NCBI RefSeq assembly: GCF_009914755.1
Contig: NC_060930.1
Source: the human T2T-CHM13v2.0 reference genome, Homo sapiens
Direction: 5' to 3' (one strand)
DNA: 64,000 nt
Shown: positions 1 through 13,400 of the stretch, piece by piece
Layout of the letters: each line of letters starts with the position of its first letter
How positions within the stretch are numbered: the first letter of the stretch is position 1
Notes under the pieces: generated by a model
Told to the model about the DNA's origin: nothing
Seen by the model: only the letters and a program-made list of their open reading frames with translations
The model's database searches: none
Program-made: the position numbers and the translations under genes

Positions 1-949
1 AATGCTTGTTCACACATTAAATTCCTTAATACACAGTGATTGGACAAATTGCTCAAATCTACTAGAAGAAGGAAACTTTTTGAAATTACTAACACTTCCC
101 ATCCACTAATTTCTTTTTTAAAAAAATTACACCAAATGGGAGTGTTCTTTCCCAGGCAGTCACTAAAAATCATTGTCAGTGGTGAGAGTTGTTTCTGATA
201 GACTTTTTGTGTATGGAAACTCAAAGGAGGCAGAAGAGACAGAGGCATTATGAGATGGGCCATGTGAAATACAAGATCATGTGAAATGATTGGGGAATCC
301 AGAGAATGGAACCTTGGCTCAGGAGATCCTCTGGCTGGAAAAGGAGGACTGGAAGGGGGTCATGGAGCAGGCTTGGGGAAAAACGGGCTGGCCTCAGATC
401 TTCTGTTACCACTACCCCTTCTCAAAATTATTTTCAGGGAATATTTTCATGCTGTCCTAAGTCATTTGGTAGACTTTGTTACTCAAAGGTTCATAGCATC
501 TGAAGAACTGACAATATTTTGAGTATTTTACCAACGTATATATTTCTCCCCACCTTGAGAGACAATTGAAGGCTGACAAAAAGAGTTATTTACATCTATC
601 TCTCTCTTGTCCTTTCTCATCTCCCTTTAACTTTCCTTCATTTCACAAGTGAAGGCCCATACTACCAGGCTGGTAGGGAAGACAGGAAAAGAGTATGCCT
701 ACAAGCCTCACAGGAAATGGAGAACAGCAGGAGGAGCTAGCACCAGCACCGTTTATGACTGCACAATGCACTGCTACATAACAGATGTTTAAAAATTCCT
801 TGAGTCCCTAAGGCCTAAGATCATAAAAGAAGAGATCACAGAGAAATAACAAAGTATATAATACCATGATTATATGGTGCCAACAAAGCCAGAGTTTGCA
901 AAAAAGAAGAGTGGCCAATAGATAAAATAAAGCAGAGTGAGCACTGGGG

Positions 950-1270
950 ACTATGAGAATTGATTGGATTTTACCATTAGGATATTATTGATGACCGTAG
1001 CAAGGATGGTTTTATGGAGTTATTAGGGACTGAAAGCTAGATTGTACTGAGATACAGTAGAATAAAGACAAGTGGAAGCTAAGCAGCGAGCACCAAGTTT
1101 GAGAATAAAAATGTTGGTAACTTCAAGAGGAGGCTCAAAGGTGGTTTTTGAGAAAAATGAGCAATGTCTGTAGGCTGAGGGTGGGAATATGGAAAGGGGA
1201 TGTTAAAGCTATCAAGGAAGCTGGGTTAATGGAGCAAGATTGCAGAGGAAGAAGTGAGGAAGGGTACAGT
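950..1270 (-). mobile_element. Degenerate L2 LINE fragment
   Basis: Purine-rich stretch (..attgatgaccgtagcaaggatggttttatggag..gctagattgtac..) resembles antisense L2; boundaries approximate. Confidence 0.45.
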
Positions 1271-2105
1271 GGAAGGATTGGCCTAGGGTACTGAAGGAAG
1301 GAGGATGAGAGTCTGTGGGAATCCCAGTGGAGTTTGGATGAGTAATTGCTGCAGTTCTCTCAGCATCTCTGGGAGAGCACAGCCCAGCCTGGGCTTGGAG
1401 GGCTGTGGTATATCAGGGGCAAAGTTTCCATGAAAGCTTAAAAAGTAGGAGATTTTGACAACGGAGGGAGGATTTGGGAAAGCAGGTGGGGGAAGGAAGG
1501 GTTCATTATAACAGAAGCCAAGGCAATAAGCACCTGAGAGAAAAAAGCAGATAATGAAAGGAAAAAGAAAACTGCTACATTTTTTCATGTGGAAATTGAT
1601 GGTTATAAAAATAAAATCAGAAATCACTGACCTACAAAATTCAACTTCAGTGTGAGTCCCTGTGGTGGCAGAACTTTCAAGGTGGTAACTGTGGTGGATT
1701 TATGGAGGAGTTGGTGTGGGCCTTTGTCTTGCTGAGTTAAAGGCAGATATCTTGGGTGTGCACAGCAACAGAGAGGGCTCTGATCTTTCTCCATGGAGAG
1801 ACGTCTTAATGTATAGGGAGTAGGGAGGGCCCTGGTCTGGTCCCAGCAGGGACTGTCTTGCAGTGAACAGACACACTAGGTATTAAGTAGATCAAAGAAA
1901 GATGATGTGAAAGTCTAGGAAGTTTTTAGGGGAAAGAGTCAAGCTTAGACTGCATATTAAGAAGATAAGGTAGTTTCTGGCAGGAGGCTTTGGACATGGA
2001 TGTGGTGGGAGAGGAGGGAGAGAGGAGACCGTCCTACTAGAGGGTGCCTGTGGGAGAAGGGAGGCTGAGGTCCAGGAGACCTGTAAGTTACAAATTTTGT
2101 GTCTT

Positions 2106-2124
2106 CTGCGCCTCCTTGTGGTCA
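2106..2124 (-). promoter_or_regulatory. CTCF-binding core motif
   Basis: Minus strand reads TGACCACAAGGAGGCGCAG versus consensus TGGCCACCAGGGGGCGCTA; CpG retained. Confidence 0.6.
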
Positions 2125-3258
2125 GCCATTTCCACTCCCAGCTCAGCTCTCAACTTTTCTCCTCACTGGTTTCTGTCTAAATGCCTCAGCATGGTCTCTG
2201 AGGTCTCTTGAATAGTCAGCTTCCAAATGGCTCTGCCTTCCCAACAGCCTCCTTCCTGTAGTAAGCATGCCAGTATCGCCCAGTGAGTAGATAACTTTCT
2301 CATCGCCTCACCTGGTTCATATATTTGGGTGTTATGGCCACTTGGTGCACCTCCTCTTTCTCTCTCCAGCCTTCCCAGATGAGCACCTCTCTGTTCTCAC
2401 TGAGTCCTGGGGAAACTGGTCAACAGCTTGATCTTGGGTATCTATAAGACATCATTGCTGGGTTGGATTTGGCTAATTAGTGGCTGCGTGGTCTAGGTAA
2501 GTTAATTAACTCACTCATCTTGGGTTAAGGATGTAGTCACATAACATACAGATATGTCTGACACTCATAGTAAGTGCCTAGTCAGTGTTAGCTACTCTTA
2601 CTACTAATGCATCCTTTGTCAGAATCCAACTCCAGGCAGACTTAGGAAAGCCTGCAAGTTAACCAGGGTCCTAACTATCATACCAAGATGCCATGCTAGC
2701 CGCCTACATGCCTAACAGATGCATCCCTTTTTCAGTATCCATTGCTTGCACTTCAGACCTTTGCCAGAGCCCTCCAACTCCAAATGTTCTCTCCAGAGTT
2801 CCGCAAAATTCAGTGGACATAATTGGGGAGGCAGAGGAGAGGCATTCTAGGCAGTACTTACACCGATTGCATGTACCTTGGAGGATGAAAATGACATCTA
2901 AATATTCATTCTTCCAAAAGCTACATTCTAGAATTGCAATATTTTAGCTTCAGGTGAAGGTGCTTTCTCAGAACTAGTTTGTTATTATGTCCTAATCCCA
3001 TTAAAATTGAGATTAGGCCAAAAAAAACATTTTTGTAAATGCCTTGACATCATTTTTGTACCATCTAAAGAGAGCCAAAAGTGGCTTTTAGAGTTATTGC
3101 TACCTCTCTCAATTCATTGGTAGGCTTCTAGCTATTACATAATAAGAGAAAATGGAAGAAATGGAAGAAAATACCATTCATTAAGCCACTGAATAAAGTC
3201 ACCTCTGAAAGTTGCCCTCCAGTGCTTGGCATCACAGAGGCTCCACTTATATAATAAC

Positions 3259-3820
3259 TTCCTTTGGGTATATACCCAGTTATAGGATTGCTGGGTCAAA
3301 TGGTATTTAAATGGTATATAATGGTATTATAAATCATTCTACTATAAAGACACATGTGCATGTATGTTTATTGCAGCACTATTTACAATAGCAAAGACTT
3401 GGAACCTACCAAGATGCCCATCAGTGATAGACTGGATAAAGAAAATGTGGCACATATATGCCATGGAATACTATGCAGCCATAAAAAATGATGAGTTCAT
3501 GTCCTTTGCAGGGACATAGATGAAGCTGGAAATCATTATTCTCAGCAAACTATCACGAGGACAGAAAACCAAACCCCGCATATTCTCACTCATAGGTGGG
3601 AATTGAACAATGAGATCACTTGGACACAGGGAAGGGAACATCACACACTGGGGCCTGTCGGGGGGTGGAGGGCTAGGGGAGGGAGAGCGTTAGGAGAAAT
3701 ACCTAATGTAGATGATGAGTTTATGGGTGCAGCAAAACACCACGGCAAGTGTATACCTATGTAACAAACCTGCACATTCTGCACATGTACCCCAGGACTT
3801 AAAGTATAATAAAAAAGAAA
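3259..3820 (+). mobile_element. 5'-truncated, 5'-inverted L1PA (PA7/8-like) 3' end
   Basis: 3328-3816 is the L1 ORF2 end and 3'UTR with G-rich tract and A tail; 3259-3308 is the immediately upstream L1 sequence in reverse orientation. Confidence 0.9.
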
Positions 3821-4248
3821 ACTTTCTTACTCTCCTCCTTCTCTTATCATCCTCCATCCTTCCCACTCGTACTCCCTCCCAGTGTGCAAATCTTAAAGAG
3901 ACCAGCACCATTATTTATGACCATATTTTTAGTGGGTGAAGATTTGATCAGAAAAGGGATTGATAAGGAAAAGAATTCCAGAAATTTGGAATGAGCCAAG
4001 TGCTAAGATCCTGTGGTTACCCAGCTCTCTTACTTCTGATTGAGACAGGGGGAATTTGAGCTATGGGATTAAAATTGTCTCTCTACCACTTAATATTTCT
4101 CCTTTCCAACTGCATGTCACAAGGGCTGCTTCCGAAAGCTTTGCGCAAAATTCCGACGGCAACAAATTTCCCTGACTCTCTACTCTGTGTAATGCAACCA
4201 CACAAACTCTTGTGCTTAATCTCTCTCTCACACACACACACACGTAAA

Positions 4249-4395
4249 TCAGTGGTTCTCAAACTTGAGTGTATATCAGAATCACCCAGAGGTCTTAATA
4301 AACCACAGCTAGGTTGGGGTAGGACCTAGTAATATTTCCTACAGGTTACCAGGTGATGCTGATGCTGCTGGCCTGGAAACCATACTGAGAACCGT
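4249..4395. mobile_element. MER5A-like hAT-Charlie DNA transposon remnant
   Basis: cagtggttctcaaact...tcagaatcacc...caggtgatgctgatgctgctgg...tgagaacc termini. Confidence 0.75.
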
Positions 4396-4632
4396 CGAAG
4401 TAAAAGTCTTCTCCTTTTCTAGCCTCAACAACTATGCCTGTAGCTGAAGACTACACAGTTACTCATCACATCTAAGCTCATAACACTGATTCATCTTCAC
4501 TCCTAAGCCTGGAGCCGAGCTGCTCCCTGCACACTGGCTCTCGACTCCCTGGGTGTGCCTCTGTCTTAGTTTATAGCAGGCCATAATCCATCTTGTGGCA
4601 CTCACCCTATCTTGACTGCAGAACTTGCCATC

Positions 4633-5027
4633 TCTATTAGTCAGCTCAGGCTGCTATAACAAAGTATCACAGGCTGAGTGGATTGAGCAACATAAATCTA
4701 TTTTCTCACAGTTCTGGAAGCTAGACGTCCAAGATCAAGGTGCTGGAAGGGTTGGTTTCTTCTGAGTTCTCTCTCCTTGGCTTGTAGGTAGCCATCTTCT
4801 CCTCCCTGTGTCCTCACCTGGTCATCTCTGAGTGTGTTTCTGTGTCCTTATTTCCTCTTCTTAGACGGACAGCAGGCATATTGTATTAGGGTGCTTGTTA
4901 GTGACCCCATTGTAATGTAACCACCTCTTTAAAGGTGCTATCTCCTAATACAGTCACATTCTGAGGTCCTGGGAGTTAGGACTTTAACATATGAATTTCG
5001 GGGAGGGACACAATTTAGCCCCTAAGC
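4633..5027 (-). mobile_element. MLT1 (MaLR) solo LTR
   Basis: ggctgctataacaaagtatcacaggctg...tctcacagttctggaagctaga...aagatcaaggtg...gacacaatttagccc. Confidence 0.85.
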
Positions 5028-6889
5028 GAGATGCGCCATTTTTCACACCTCTCACCCTCCACCTCTTCACATTCTTCTTGCTGTTTTATTCTCTCTTCTG
5101 CCAGCTTCCTGAGGGGGCCCAGAGCCTCACAGGCCTGAGGCTAATTGTGGTGCAGGGGCTCACGAGGGGTGGGTTTTGGTGATCTGCACACCGACACCTA
5201 CCTCTGTGAGGACTCTGTAGTCAACACCCTAGATAAGCAGGGCCCAGTCACAGGGAAAAGGGTAACAAATTGCTTGCAGAGGGACAACTGGCTTAGAGCT
5301 GGGTTATTATTCTTGTAATCTCCAGATCACAAGCAGCAGGCTGCACTGGGCTCTGTTGGCACGTACCTCTTCGCTCCACTTGGGAATGGTACTGGACAAA
5401 ACTAGAGGAGAAAGAGGCTGAAGGGCCTGTTTGCCTGGAACCCATACTCTTTTTCAAGTTAATGCAAACAGCTCCAAAAACCCACTAGAAATCTCTGGTC
5501 TATGGAGGAGAAAATGACCTCCCCCCATGGCTAGCAATAATTCCTGATGCTTTTTATGCTTTACATGGCTTTCTTCCACATGATGACGTTTGATCATGAT
5601 GCCAGCCCCATGGGGTCAGCCAGACTGCTATAATTATACCCCATATTAGAGATTAAGAAACAAGTCTAAGTAAACAAAACAAAGACTTAGGTTATGATCC
5701 ACCCCCAATCAGAGGTCTGCCCTCTCAATTATACTCTACTCACCTCAGTTCTTTTCTCTTCTAAGCATTTCCCAAAATGTGGCCATTCACATAGCTTGTT
5801 TGCATTTTTGGCTATATTCATCCAAGCACCACTCACTGATTAATGAAGTCCATGGAAGATAAGGTCCTGATTTGAGTTTGGTACTAAGCAATATATTGAA
5901 TTCCCAGGGGTTTGGTATGCTATTTTTTTCTAATATGCATTAAAAATAATTATTAACTCCTATTACTTTAGGATATACTTTCCATCTCACACTCTCTTCC
6001 CTCTGCGGGGCTACAGAGGCATCTTGACAGCAATGTTTTTCAAACTCTTGGCTGCAATCCACAATAAGAAATAAATCATATGGCAACACAGTACTCACAT
6101 ACATGCACATATATAAAACAAAAACCAGTTTCATGAGATAATATGTAACCTGGGTGTGACACATGCTATTTTCTATTCTATTTTTAACGCTTGTTGTGAT
6201 ACACTAAATTGATTTTATGAACCAATAATAAGTAGCTTCCTGCGACTGGAAAAAAATAGTCTTTTACAGAATGTTCTGTCCAACTTTGAAAGCGTGGCTT
6301 ACATTTCGTTTACACCTCCCAGGAGAGGAGACTGCAGGAGTCAGGCTGGAGAGAAGCTTCTGGGGCCCTCCCCTTACACTTCTCTTCCGGCCACTTAGGG
6401 CTCAGCAGGCTGCAGCCACCCAAAGAAGGAGGAGGCTTCCTGGACAGGGAGGGCACTGTAGCTCCAAGGTTGCTGGACTCAAGGTGGAAGTCTCCACCAC
6501 ACCCTTCCCTGAAAAAGAATCCAGAGAGCCACACATTGGGAAACTTCACAGACACTCTCCCTCCACCCTGTAATGGGATAATTGGACAACCCATCCTAAA
6601 TACTACATGTCATCACCCCTCTGACCCCATCTGAGCTGAAATGGAGCTCTGGTGCCTACGGAGTGGATTTTCCCTTTGTGGTATTTTAAAGTTCTAGTCT
6701 AAAATATCTCTCCACAAATGCCTGAGATCCCATTGTTAGAATTGTATTCCTTTGGTTTCAGCATTACCATCCTAAGATTCTTTTATATATACAAGTGTGC
6801 CCAAATTGAGTTTCTAAGGCTTTTCTCCTCAAGTCTGGCCTTAACTATAAGTTCCAGAAGTTGATTCTTCTTTTAAAGGGAGACCTACA

Positions 6890-7610
6890 GTAGGTGTTAC
6901 CCTTCCTTATGACATAGAACTCATTGGCGCTGTAATGAAGGCCATAGGACCCCTTCTCGAAATAATGTTTTTAAATGTACCAAGTAAAATGTATAGGATT
7001 ACAAATGAAATAATATCTATAATATCAAAAATTCTCTTAGAATTTAGATAAATGATGAGTATTAACAATATTTTGGGGTAACTGTAAAAATTGTAACATG
7101 ATGAGAAAAACTGATTAGACATATACTCTATGATATGTATAATAGGTACATGTATAAGAGTTATATATAACAGTTATATGTCTAATCAACTATTTTCATC
7201 ATGTTACTATTTTTACAGTTACCTCAAAATGTTAATATTCAGACCATCTAAATTCTAAGAGAATTTTTATACTATATATACGGTATCAAAATATGTTTTA
7301 ATTTGTAATACAATTATACACGTATTTAAACCTTAATAAGATCTAGAAGCAGGTCTAATAAATAATCTAGAATAATGTTAAGTATAAACAACATGACAAG
7401 GTATTTGCAAAGCATAACATGATGAACATAGCAAATTTCCATTGGTGGAAAGTCTCAGGTTCTGGCAACACTGCTGTGGTTTGTCTACCTTCATAATGAA
7501 GGAAGCGCTAGATTACAGTTAGAAGCTAATGATGTTAAAGACGTAATTTTTCCTGTCCAAGTTCATAGATCCTTTATATTCTTTCCATAGATCGCACTTA
7601 AAGAGCCCAG
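6890..7610 (+). mobile_element. MER119-like hAT-Charlie element carrying an internal inverted duplication
   Basis: ggaccccttctcgaaataatgtttttaaatg...ggattacaaa and ...tccaagttcatagatcc match recalled MER119. Confidence 0.6.
7023..7272. repeat. Long imperfect inverted repeat (~100-bp arms, ~45-bp spacer)
   Basis: ttctcttagaatttagat / atctaaattctaagagaa; ggtaactgtaaaaattgtaacatgatga / tcatcatgttactatttttacagttacc; tgattagacatata / tatatgtctaatca are reverse complements. Confidence 0.9.
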
Positions 7611-8539
7611 ATCTAGAGAGTTGTCTGCTACCTTTACCATTTCCTTTCATGTCACATACTTTCAGATTCCAAAGCTTCATCTGCTGAGCCTGGTTTTATG
7701 AATGTTGTGTGTTCTGCCTTCCAAATCTTGCTGTGTCCTTCCTCACACATCCCTCACCTGCCCTTGTGGTCAGCCCAGTTAGAGCAGTCAAGCCAGGGCC
7801 CACACTCCACTGCATCTGGGGATGGCCTTAGTGATGATGCTCACCAAGTTCCTGGGGAGATTATATCAGAGGGCAGCTTGACTTTGACTCCAAGAAGTCC
7901 CTAAATCAATTATTCTGCCCCTGAAATTTTGTCAGGAGACCTGTAATTATCTCAGCATATTAATAATGTGAAGGAGAACTTGTCCCTATTTAAAGCAGGG
8001 CCTTTTCCCTTCTCCAACCCTGCATATGAATAATACCTGTGTCTAGACTTTAGTTCCAAAAGATAGATCTTTATTCAGCAAGTGGGAGTCTACTGAGCTC
8101 AGCACAGAAGAGTTAACAGCAAAGCTGAGATATACTGTCACTTACCAAGGGGAGACCAGTTCTTGTCCCAGAGGATGCAAAGGAGAATGTCTTTGTGGAT
8201 CAATCAGGCCACTCACTCAGTGATGTATCAGAGTGTAAAAAGACAGTATGACACAGTGAGAGTGCGGCAAATAAAAGCATGCATGTCATGTCTAAAGAAG
8301 TCAATTTCACATATTTTTAAGTCTGTATTTTGGGCTGGGGGACCGCAGCTTAGAGCACCCAACATAGCTCTGAAGCCAACATGTGGAGTCCACTCCAAGG
8401 ACCGCCAGCGCCATCTCCACAGCTCTCCGAGATGCAAAGGGCTGCCTAAACAAGTCACTTAGGGAAGAGAAAGGGGTTGCCTTGGTTCTGACAAGTGGTT
8501 AGGAATTGAGTTTAGCACTGTATTAAGGGACACAACAGT

Positions 8540-8790
8540 TTAGACCAGCCTGACCAACATGGCAAAATCCCGTCTCTACTAAAAATACAAAAATCAGCCG
8601 GGTGTCATGACGGACACCTGTAAGCCCAGCTGCTCAGGGGGCTGGGGCTCGAGAATAGCTTGAACCCGGGAGGCAGAGGTTGCAGTGAGCCAAGATCACA
8701 CCACTGCACTGAAGCCTGGGTGACAGAGGGAGACCCTGCCTCAAAAAAAAAAAAAAAGAAAGAAAGAAAGAAAAGAAAAAAAGAAAAACA
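8540..8790 (+). mobile_element. 5'-truncated Alu (AluS-like) with A/GAAA tail
   Basis: agaccagcctgaccaacatgg...tctactaaaaatacaaaa...ggaggcagaggttgcagtgagcc...poly(A). Confidence 0.95.
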
Positions 8791-10299
8791 ACACTCAATT
8801 TTCAGCAAGGTAACTATGACAAAATTCTTCTTTGAGAGGAAAAAAAAAGTGGGATTAACATAAATAGACCAGACTAATTCTGGGAATGACTTAAGGAAAG
8901 TTAGTCTTTGGGAACTGTCTCTAACATGTGGGGAGAAATAAGGACAATTACTCCTATATTTTTGTGCACCCATTTTTGTTGCCCCCATCAAGACACAAAA
9001 TCTTGAGTTTGGAGGTCTACCCAGAGAACCAGCTTTTCTGTTCTTAGGTTTGTATGTCAATTATTTTGACATAAGCTCCTAGGTCAACTACCTCTAGTCT
9101 AAACCAGGGCAGGGCCTGGCAGGCCTCTGGGAGAATTGCCTGTGACCGTTAACATGTGGGAGGAGCCTGAGGAACATTCAGAAAAAGGAAGAACGTCTCA
9201 GGAAGTTAAGCAGGGGATGTCCCGTGGTGTAGATGAGATGAAGAGGGCTAGTCAGAGAATAAGAAACCATACTGAAGCATTGTGTTTCTTTCCACCCAGC
9301 CCAAGTGGCTGAGGGACATGAAGCTGTCCAGTCTGATTGCAACACCACCTTCCCTCTATCTCTTTCCCCACTCAAGCTGGCCTCAGGCATTTGGACAAGA
9401 TGACAGAATGCAACCAGCACTCAGAAATGTGCAGCAGGCAGCCTGGGTAGAGTTACCCTAGCAACAGCAAGACTTCTTGAAAGCCCTGGAGGCTGGGTGG
9501 AATTGGAGGCAGGAAGACCTTCCCCCTTTAAGGGTGCCTGTCACACCAAAACTGACCTGCAGGGGCAGCAGAGGAGAAAGACCAGAAAAGCGGCGTCGTC
9601 TGTCTGGACTAGGGTGGTGGGTGCTAGATGGCCCTCACTATTACTTCCTATGAACAGGTGCACCTATCTCTTGGGGGCATTGTTCAATGTTTCATCCAAG
9701 TTTAACCACAAAATAACTCCCCTACCTTCCTGTGTAGGAGACACATCACACTAGCATCTGAGCAAAAGCAGGAGCTGGGATGTGGACTCTTGAAAGGATA
9801 TGGGTCTGTCCCCTACTCCTAGAACACAATGTGCCGAATCCAGCAAGACGTCAGTCTTTAAAAATCTAGTAATCTAAGAATTGTCTGTAGGTCCTCTTCG
9901 GTCAACTCATATGGGAGGGTTTGGGGTAAGAGTCATCCTTATAGTGTTCCTCCACTTCCTTCTGACTATGGCATCCACTCATAATCTTTCAAGAGGGTTT
10001 ATCTTCTTACTCAATTAAAATGTGGAACGTATGCTGTTGCTTCAGTGAGGGACATGACACATGGCAAAGATGGTAACAGATGTGTATGGGAAGTGGCTCC
10101 CTGGTTGACCTGGGGGAGCCTATCAGAATGTGTGCCTCAGTGGGTCACTGCCCTTGAGGGCTGGGTCCTGGGCTTCACAGGTTCAGCTCAGTGCAGTCAC
10201 ACTCTAACAGATGCATGGCAGTCACAGGCAGAGGCTGACTTGGAGACTATGTAATAGTGTATTAAAGTAATTTCCCAAGAGGAAACCCAGACACACTCG

Positions 10300-10490
10300 G
10301 GTTTAAATTGGGCATCCTCGTTTACTAGATGTATGACCTTGGACAAGGTTATTTAACCACTTCTCTATGCTTCATCTGTGAAACAAGGATAATAATAGCA
10401 CCAGCTTTGCATGGTGGAGGTGAGGATGAAATATACTTACATATATACAAGTGCTTAGAATAGTACATGACACTGTAGAAGTCTTGTTAT
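10300..10490 (+). mobile_element. MIR SINE
   Basis: tgaccttggacaaggttatttaacc...catctgtgaaacaaggataataatagc core. Confidence 0.7.
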
Positions 10491-13400
10491 TGTTATTAAA
10501 CTTGCAGAGTAGGATAGGCTGCACACCATACAACTCCAGAAGATACCATTCACATAGACTCCAACGTGAACGGTGTCCCCAGAGTTGCGCAGTGCACAAT
10601 CTGCATGGGTACGTGATAGCCCTGAAGTATTAATTCCCATTTTGCAAGGTTATTGCAAAAATTATAGTTAAATGCATGTGAAGTACTTTTTACATCATAG
10701 GCACTATAACCCACAGCTGCTGCTATTATTTTTACTGAGAGATATATCTGGCAGTTTAACAGCAATATTTGCACAGAGTACTTCTTCCTTTTGGGCAGGT
10801 TTGCACAGAGACTAAATTTGATTAAAAGGCTATTGAGGAATTTGAAATATGTGAAAAGAAGTTAAATATCATCTCAAGGTTATTCTCATTCCACCAGTAT
10901 GGAGAGGCAACAGTCTTTAGATGACTGGGACTCACCATTTGAAAAGAGAGTCTTCCACCCTGAACATGGGCCATAGAAACACTGGCAATTCATTACTCTT
11001 TAGCTCTCCTTTTTTTGGTCTCTATCAGTTGCCAGGAGCTTCTCTCACTGGATTACCTCATGGGCCTGCTCCAATTAATTAGATAACTGCATCTCTTACA
11101 TTAGCTAATCTTTAAATTAGTCTCCTCCTAATGAAATTTTAAGGAAGGCCCACAGGCTCCTTGATGAAATTTGAAAGGCCTCTTGGTCTTATCAGCCACA
11201 ATTTTTAGAAATTATTAACTTAAGCAACATTACAGCCAAAAGAATCCATTGAGTATGAAGCTCAAACAACACATCTTCCTGTGGTCATTCTCAAGTGCTA
11301 TTGGACACATTTTCTCCATGTTCTAACGAATGTCTGTGCCCTCTGTTTTGTTCTGCCTTTTTCATACAGTGTTATTCCATAAACAAATCTTCAATATTAA
11401 TCATGTTTTAATAGCAAGTTATTCCAACAAAATATTCATCTTAGCATGCTGAGATATGTCCCTCCAGTGGGGTGTTTGAAGCAGCTAAAAATCTCAGCTG
11501 GCAGATATGATGTCTACAAGACACGAAGGATATGAGGGCACTGGGAATGACATGAAACAAACAGAAATGAAATAAACTGCACAACATTAGAGTTGGGAGT
11601 ATCCTAGGGGCCTGTCTGGTCTAATCCTTTCATTTTACAAATGTAAAAACTGAGGCCCAATGAGGAGATGTGACTTGCCTGAGGCTACATAATTAATCAG
11701 CCCCCTCCATTGGGTGGGGACAAGCTCCAGCAAAGGAGCAGCTTCTGCTGGCCTTCCGGGAGTAAGGAAGAGTGCTGTGGTGATGGGTTGCTGCTCTGCA
11801 GACATGACCCAGCAGCCTCACAAAGGGTCAGCACAGAGGCATCCATGCTCAGATCTTGGGCTGGAAGCATCCCACAGAGGGGAAAGGAAGGCATCAGAGC
11901 CAAACATGTGGCATTCGTCCACTCCCACCCAGCACTTGGAGGTGTGAAAAGACATCCCAAAAGGGAGAACCCAAAAGAGACAGGCAGCTAGAAACTCCTA
12001 CACAGCTCGCTTCGCTGCAAGACAGAGCCAAGCATGCCAAGCACGGGGGCGAGGAGCCCAGGCAGGAGGGGCCTTGGAAAAGTCATAAACAGCAGCTGCA
12101 ACGTGAAGATCCACCCCACCCCCAAAACCTCCCCCATGGAGTCAGGTAGACTGGCATGTACTGGAACGGTGGGACTGGGTTGAACTTTCGAAGCCAGCTG
12201 GTCTCACTACCTCCTCTGACAGACGTAGAGACCAAGACCTAGGATCAGGAAGGGTCTCACTCACTCAAGGTCACACACAGAATGAGGGGCTGACCTGTTT
12301 ATAGAATGGAGCAGTCCTAATTCCAGTCCAGGACACTGTCCTGGGGTCTCCCTTTTTCTGGGGCCAGGGAAAGTAAATAATAGCAACTTTTGGAGGGATG
12401 GGTGTATAAGATGACACCAATTGATTAATTAGGCATTTGTTGACTCCAGCCACCTATTCACACATTCTTCTAGATGTCAGCATTTGTTGCTTCGGTGGCT
12501 TTAACTGGCTGTAGGGTCTTAGGAAAACTGCGTAGATTTGCATGGTTCTATTTCTTCACCTGCAAAATGGGGCTAATAATTGGACCTACTTCATGGGTGG
12601 TTGTATGAGTTAAATGTGAAGCACTTAGCACAATACCTGGGGCTGTGATGAATGGTATGTTATCATTCTATTCCACCAGAGGACTGCTTCCTCCACCCAT
12701 GCAGCCTTTCCCATGGGAAAGTTTCCATTTCTCCAATGGGTTTACATCATCTACTATCTTCTCAATGTGGTAACTGTGCATCTCTGTCTTCACGAATCAA
12801 GAGCTGACTCACCACAAGTTCCAGACCAGTGTTTCCCAAACTGGAGTATTTTCCGAGAGTTATGAATTCTTGAAGTGTCTTTTTTCATCTTGTTAATTAT
12901 AGATTTAGGAAAATCTACCTCATCCCTTGAGGGAAGAGAAATGTCCCCAAAGCTGCTGGCTCCCCTCTCTCCTCTGCATTAAGTTCGTTTCTTTTTGATT
13001 GCCCTCTGGTTCTAATCATTCAAGAAGAGAGCGGCCCCAGGCACCAAATTAGAACTGGAAGCGAGGGGATGAGAAAAAGACCCAGAATGAATGATAGGCT
13101 TTGGAAAAGGGCAAATTGCAGTTCTCCCCGTATCTTCTGGGAGCCAGCTCTTTTCTAAAGGATTTAAGGGAGGCTAAGGACCCATGGGGAGGCAAGAAGA
13201 TGGGAGTCTGGGAACAGGATACTGCGGATAAGAATTTGTTCTTCTTTAAGCCTCCAAGGGAAAAAAAAAAAAAAAAACCAGGAGGGAAAATTGTAAACTA
13301 ACCCTTTGCTTAGTTTGCCCAGAATCCTTCAGCGGGGTGAGCACCACCATCCTGAAGGTCAACCTCCACTCACAAGGGTTCATGTGCTACAACTGCCTGG

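Noticed and set aside
8605-9060. Alu-containing ORFs (also 25733-26315, 34233-35189, 58676-58903)
   Set aside because: Typical Alu-derived peptides (e.g. [11 protein letters not shown]), with no exon support
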